DNA of 64,000 nucleotides, taken from the NCBI GenBank assembly GCA_038816475.1, contig JAWBAI010000001.1, positions 32,001 to 96,000 of the forward strand, given 5' to 3'. The notes under the pieces are model-generated. The model was not told the origin of the DNA. It saw nothing but the letters and a program-made list of their open reading frames with translations, and ran no database searches. Both the position numbers and the translations under genes were made by a program. Within the stretch, counting starts at the first letter, position 1. Every line of letters begins with the position of its first letter. Below are positions 60,644 through 64,000 of this stretch, piece by piece. Origin of the DNA: Desulfurococcaceae archaeon (lineage in GTDB: Archaea > Thermoproteota > Thermoprotei_A > Sulfolobales > Desulfurococcaceae).

Positions 60644-61474
60644 ATGCTAGCTCTTGTATACAGTACAGGGGATCCAGCGGGTGTAGGAATAGTCAACTAT
60701 GTTGTTAGCGCAATGGGATTAAGGGAACACTGTACTTGCCGTTACTGTGTGGAGTGCTATGTTGGAGAAAGTATCCTAGTAGCTGGTTTCAACATTGACG
60801 TTGTACACTTGGATTTCTTGGATGAAGTGTTGCCAAGCTGGGTTGCGTTATACATTGTAGCGTCAAGGCATTCGAGCGAGGTCGGCATCAAGAGTTATAC
60901 TGTGCACTTCACGGGAAACTACGGCTTCGAGGCGATTATGGGTGGACGTCCAAGAGAACTCGGAATAGCGCATCCCCAGATAGCATGGTACATGCTCAGG
61001 GGGATAAATGAAGTTGCAATCAACAGAGGTAGGAAGGAAGAGTATGAAGTAAGCTATGAAGCATCTCACCACGGTCCAACAAACCTGGGAAAACCAATAC
61101 TGTTCGTAGAGATAGGTAGTACACCGGATGATTGGAAAGACCCCCTTAACCACGAGATCTTGGGCCACGCTCTATACAGGCTTCTAAGAGAGTACCCGAA
61201 TCTCCCGGATTGTACAAGCGTTATTGGAATAGGTGGTGGGCATTACCCGAGGAAGCATACAGAAATAGCACTCAACACCAGCATGTGCTATGGTCATATT
61301 TTACCCAAGTATGCTCTCATGTACCTATCCATGGATACTCTCAACGCAATGTACTCTAGAACAGCAATACGGCCCCTCAAAATAATCGTCGAGAAGAAAA
61401 GCACCAGGCAGGATCACAGGAGAATTATTGAAGAATTTGCTAAGGAGCATTCAATGGAGGTTCAGTACATTTAA
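60644..61474 (+). CDS. dtdA: D-aminoacyl-tRNA deacylase (DTD2/GEK1)
   Basis: SRHSS, TVHFTGN, EASHHGPT, FVEIGS, GGGHYP and GHILPKY motifs. Confidence 0.92.
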   Translation: MLALVYSTGDPAGVGIVNYVVSAMGLREHCTCRYCVECYVGESILVAGFNIDVVHLDFLDEVLPSWVALYIVASRHSSEVGIKSYTVHFTGNYGFEAIMGGRPRELGIAHPQIAWYMLRGINEVAINRGRKEEYEVSYEASHHGPTNLGKPILFVEIGSTPDDWKDPLNHEILGHALYRLLREYPNLPDCTSVIGIGGGHYPRKHTEIALNTSMCYGHILPKYALMYLSMDTLNAMYSRTAIRPLKIIVEKKSTRQDHRRIIEEFAKEHSMEVQYI

Positions 61475-61489
61475 TGGGAGAATCCTTTG

Positions 61490-62530
61490 CTAAATAGTAA
61501 TACTCTTGTCTATAACCCAGTGTCTGGAGAGCTTAGTCCAAATCAATCTAACAACGATCTCCTTACCGGGTTGAACAAGATTCAACGGCAAACGTACTTC
61601 TCGGCGTATCCTTGCATTGGGTTCAAGTTCTCTTCCATCTTCATGTAGTGTGCGTATAAGTTCTCCTCTTCTTATAAATGAGATAATCAGTTTATCGGGT
61701 CTGGAATATCCATGATTACATATTTCTAGTTCTAATTTCACTTCACCCAATCCTACTTCTCTATTCACACTGCATAAATCAAGATGTGGTGCCTTAACCT
61801 CAGACCTGTAGATCGTTACACTGGATATTACCAAAGGTGATGAACGCTCTGATCGTTCCAGTGATACTTTAATGCTTCGTGTTGCTTTAAGCATCTTCAC
61901 CACTACCTCATCCAATACTAGTGCTGAAAGATCGTGAACACCAGCTTCCTCTCCGCTTAGTATAGAAATTCTTGCTGATGACGCGGTATAAGCTATAATT
62001 CTAAGTGTCGATGATGGTTCAAAGCTTTCTTCCAAGTTTAACTCAAGTGATTTCATAGGCTCTATACCGATTAAACCTGTGTAGTGCTTATACTTTGTTT
62101 CGGCATCAGCATCGCTGTATATAGAGTCTAGTATTAGCCCAAGCACTCTAAAGGGGGCACCTCCTTCGTACTTTATGGTTAGATCTATTCCTTCTCCGTA
62201 CTGCGTAGCTGTAGCTCTTAGTATATCGGTTACATCATAGATAAACTTGTACAGATGTCTATCCTGGCTTGAAATCGCAACACCAAATGCTGGTTTAAAT
62301 TCTCTCGTAATACCAACGTTTCCGAGTTTGACCTTCCAACTCGGATAGACTCTACTAGCTTCTACTAGAATCTCAAGTATAGCATAACTGGCCTCTCTTT
62401 TATGCGGTAGATTCAGTGGTACTTTGAGCTTAGAGTTATAGCTACATAGTAGTATGTTCAAAGGCTTAAAAATGCTCATTAGATCACCACTTAGCTTTAA
62501 GAGCGGACTCTGTGTAAGCGTAGTAGTCAT
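61490..62530 (-). CDS. Hypothetical protein, possibly with a C-terminal Ig/CARDB-like domain
   Basis: 346-aa ORF; beta-rich C-terminus LEICNHG..LEPN. Confidence 0.6.
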   Translation of the reverse strand: MTTTLTQSPLLKLSGDLMSIFKPLNILLCSYNSKLKVPLNLPHKREASYAILEILVEASRVYPSWKVKLGNVGITREFKPAFGVAISSQDRHLYKFIYDVTDILRATATQYGEGIDLTIKYEGGAPFRVLGLILDSIYSDADAETKYKHYTGLIGIEPMKSLELNLEESFEPSSTLRIIAYTASSARISILSGEEAGVHDLSALVLDEVVVKMLKATRSIKVSLERSERSSPLVISSVTIYRSEVKAPHLDLCSVNREVGLGEVKLELEICNHGYSRPDKLIISFIRRGELIRTLHEDGRELEPNARIRREVRLPLNLVQPGKEIVVRLIWTKLSRHWVIDKSITI

Positions 62531-62624
62531 ACCTGGATCACTTCCCTGCTTATCTAGTACTCTAATAATCTATGCTTAATTAAAAGAGAATAAATATTGG
62601 CAAGGAACACGAGTAGTTGGAGGA

Positions 62625-63833
62625 TTAACGAAGGATTCTCCTAACCAGGTGTTTACACAAGTAGTATGCTAATATTAATGTTAAAACTAGTGTAAAACCT
62701 CCTACTGCATAATCAACTAAGCCTTTCTCTATAGGTTTACTAGGAGGAGGAAGCTTTTCTGGGACTTCTACCTGGTATCGCTGCTCTACTACTATACTAG
62801 GTAATTGGATCCATTCATTGTTACATAACTGAGGACTACTGGTGTAGTATACGAATCCATCACCCAAAGCGCTTTTTACTATGTAGTAGTTAAGTTCTAA
62901 GGATGCGTTCACCACATTATCTCTGAGTAAGCCTAACACTATGAAACACCTAGTGGGTGGATCCGCGGCTATTATTATCGTGTTATTTACGACTGAGACA
63001 GCTATGTTTACGCGATCAGCCGAGCTTTCAACGTAGCTTATGATTAGAGTAGCCTTATAGGTGACTTGTCGATTATCTACTGCTGTTATGAATATGTCAA
63101 AGGTTCTTCTAGTGATGATATTGTTGAAGAGGTCTGCGTAATTAAGATTCGGAATATCGAGTGTTACGTAGAGTATTGATAGTAATGTTCCCTTCTCGTC
63201 TCTCATATCGTTCACCTCGGTGTAGTGGATAGGTATTCGTGAAAGAGGTTCGTAGTACAGGTTTCTACTGTACGAGAAAACACCGTGTATGGTACTATAA
63301 ACGGTGAACTCGTCCTTTACTTGTACTATATCAATACCCCCGTATCTTGTTACAGCAACAACTACACCGCTTCCATTTATAGGCTCTAACTCGCCTGCTC
63401 CACGCTTCAACCTTAAAACTAGAGAGAAGAAACTAGCGTTAACCGTGGAGACTCCTTGCAGAATATTCTTGGTAGCTTCAGCTAAGCAGAACGGATTGGA
63501 TATCAGTACTTCGGTGGAGTTGAAATCGAACTTTACAGCATTAATGTTAGTAACACCAATCCTAGCATCGAATTCAACGTGAAGTTCTACTGTGTACTTC
63601 AAGATGATGTGAGCTTCCCCGGGAGATGTTTCACACCACTCTGCTAAATCTCCAAAGACTTCACTAACGTAGTTTCCCGAGGTGCTTAAAACAAGTAAAC
63701 CGCTGTACTTCAGGTGTAATGGAAGCACCAGATCATCACTTGTAGTAAGAGCTTCGATGACTAGGGTAGGAGCTAGAAGTGCAAAAGTAACCAAGGTTAG
63801 TGTAACAAACTGTCTAAGACCCATTGTTCTCAC
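62625..63833 (-). CDS. Hypothetical cell-surface protein
   Basis: N-terminal signal peptide, beta-rich body with NxS/T sequons, Pro-rich linker, C-terminal TM helix and basic tail. Confidence 0.75.
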   Translation of the reverse strand: MRTMGLRQFVTLTLVTFALLAPTLVIEALTTSDDLVLPLHLKYSGLLVLSTSGNYVSEVFGDLAEWCETSPGEAHIILKYTVELHVEFDARIGVTNINAVKFDFNSTEVLISNPFCLAEATKNILQGVSTVNASFFSLVLRLKRGAGELEPINGSGVVVAVTRYGGIDIVQVKDEFTVYSTIHGVFSYSRNLYYEPLSRIPIHYTEVNDMRDEKGTLLSILYVTLDIPNLNYADLFNNIITRRTFDIFITAVDNRQVTYKATLIISYVESSADRVNIAVSVVNNTIIIAADPPTRCFIVLGLLRDNVVNASLELNYYIVKSALGDGFVYYTSSPQLCNNEWIQLPSIVVEQRYQVEVPEKLPPPSKPIEKGLVDYAVGGFTLVLTLILAYYLCKHLVRRILR

Positions 63834-64000
63834 GACTAATTTTTAGTCCTAAAGTAGTTCTTAAGTTTAAAATCTTGAAAAACATGTATTACTTCCCAAG
63901 GTAAAAGCAAATCTTGGTAGTTCGTTGTGGAGGAGTTAAGAATTAAACATACAAGTCAAGTTATATACGCTGTATTACCTGATGGCTCAAAAGCCTACGT

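Overview
Chromosomal core region of a hyperthermophilic crenarchaeon, most likely Desulfurococcales/Desulfurococcaceae. This is inferred from reverse gyrase, GAPOR, aIF5A, the CC1 chromatin protein, AMP phosphorylase, DGGGPL reductase, archaeal TATA/BRE promoters and GGTG ribosome-binding sites. It is densely coded, with about 60 housekeeping and hypothetical genes and one tRNA-Ala(CGC). I saw no CRISPR array, transposase, integrase or rRNA gene. The most interesting signals lie outside the ORF track: (1) a well-formed H/ACA guide RNA at 19169-19247 whose pocket matches a 23S rRNA peptidyl-transferase-region sequence; (2) one canonical and one atypical C/D-box sRNA; (3) a 56-aa CC1 gene next to a very AT-rich 400-bp spacer with a 21-bp inverted repeat, a candidate replication origin. 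Unusual proteins include an asparagine synthetase A that appears to retain an anticodon-binding OB fold, an ArgRS with a long helical insert, a PA14 protein without a signal peptide, and an HD-hydrolase operon with three orphan genes. All calls come from motif recognition by eye; no database search was run.
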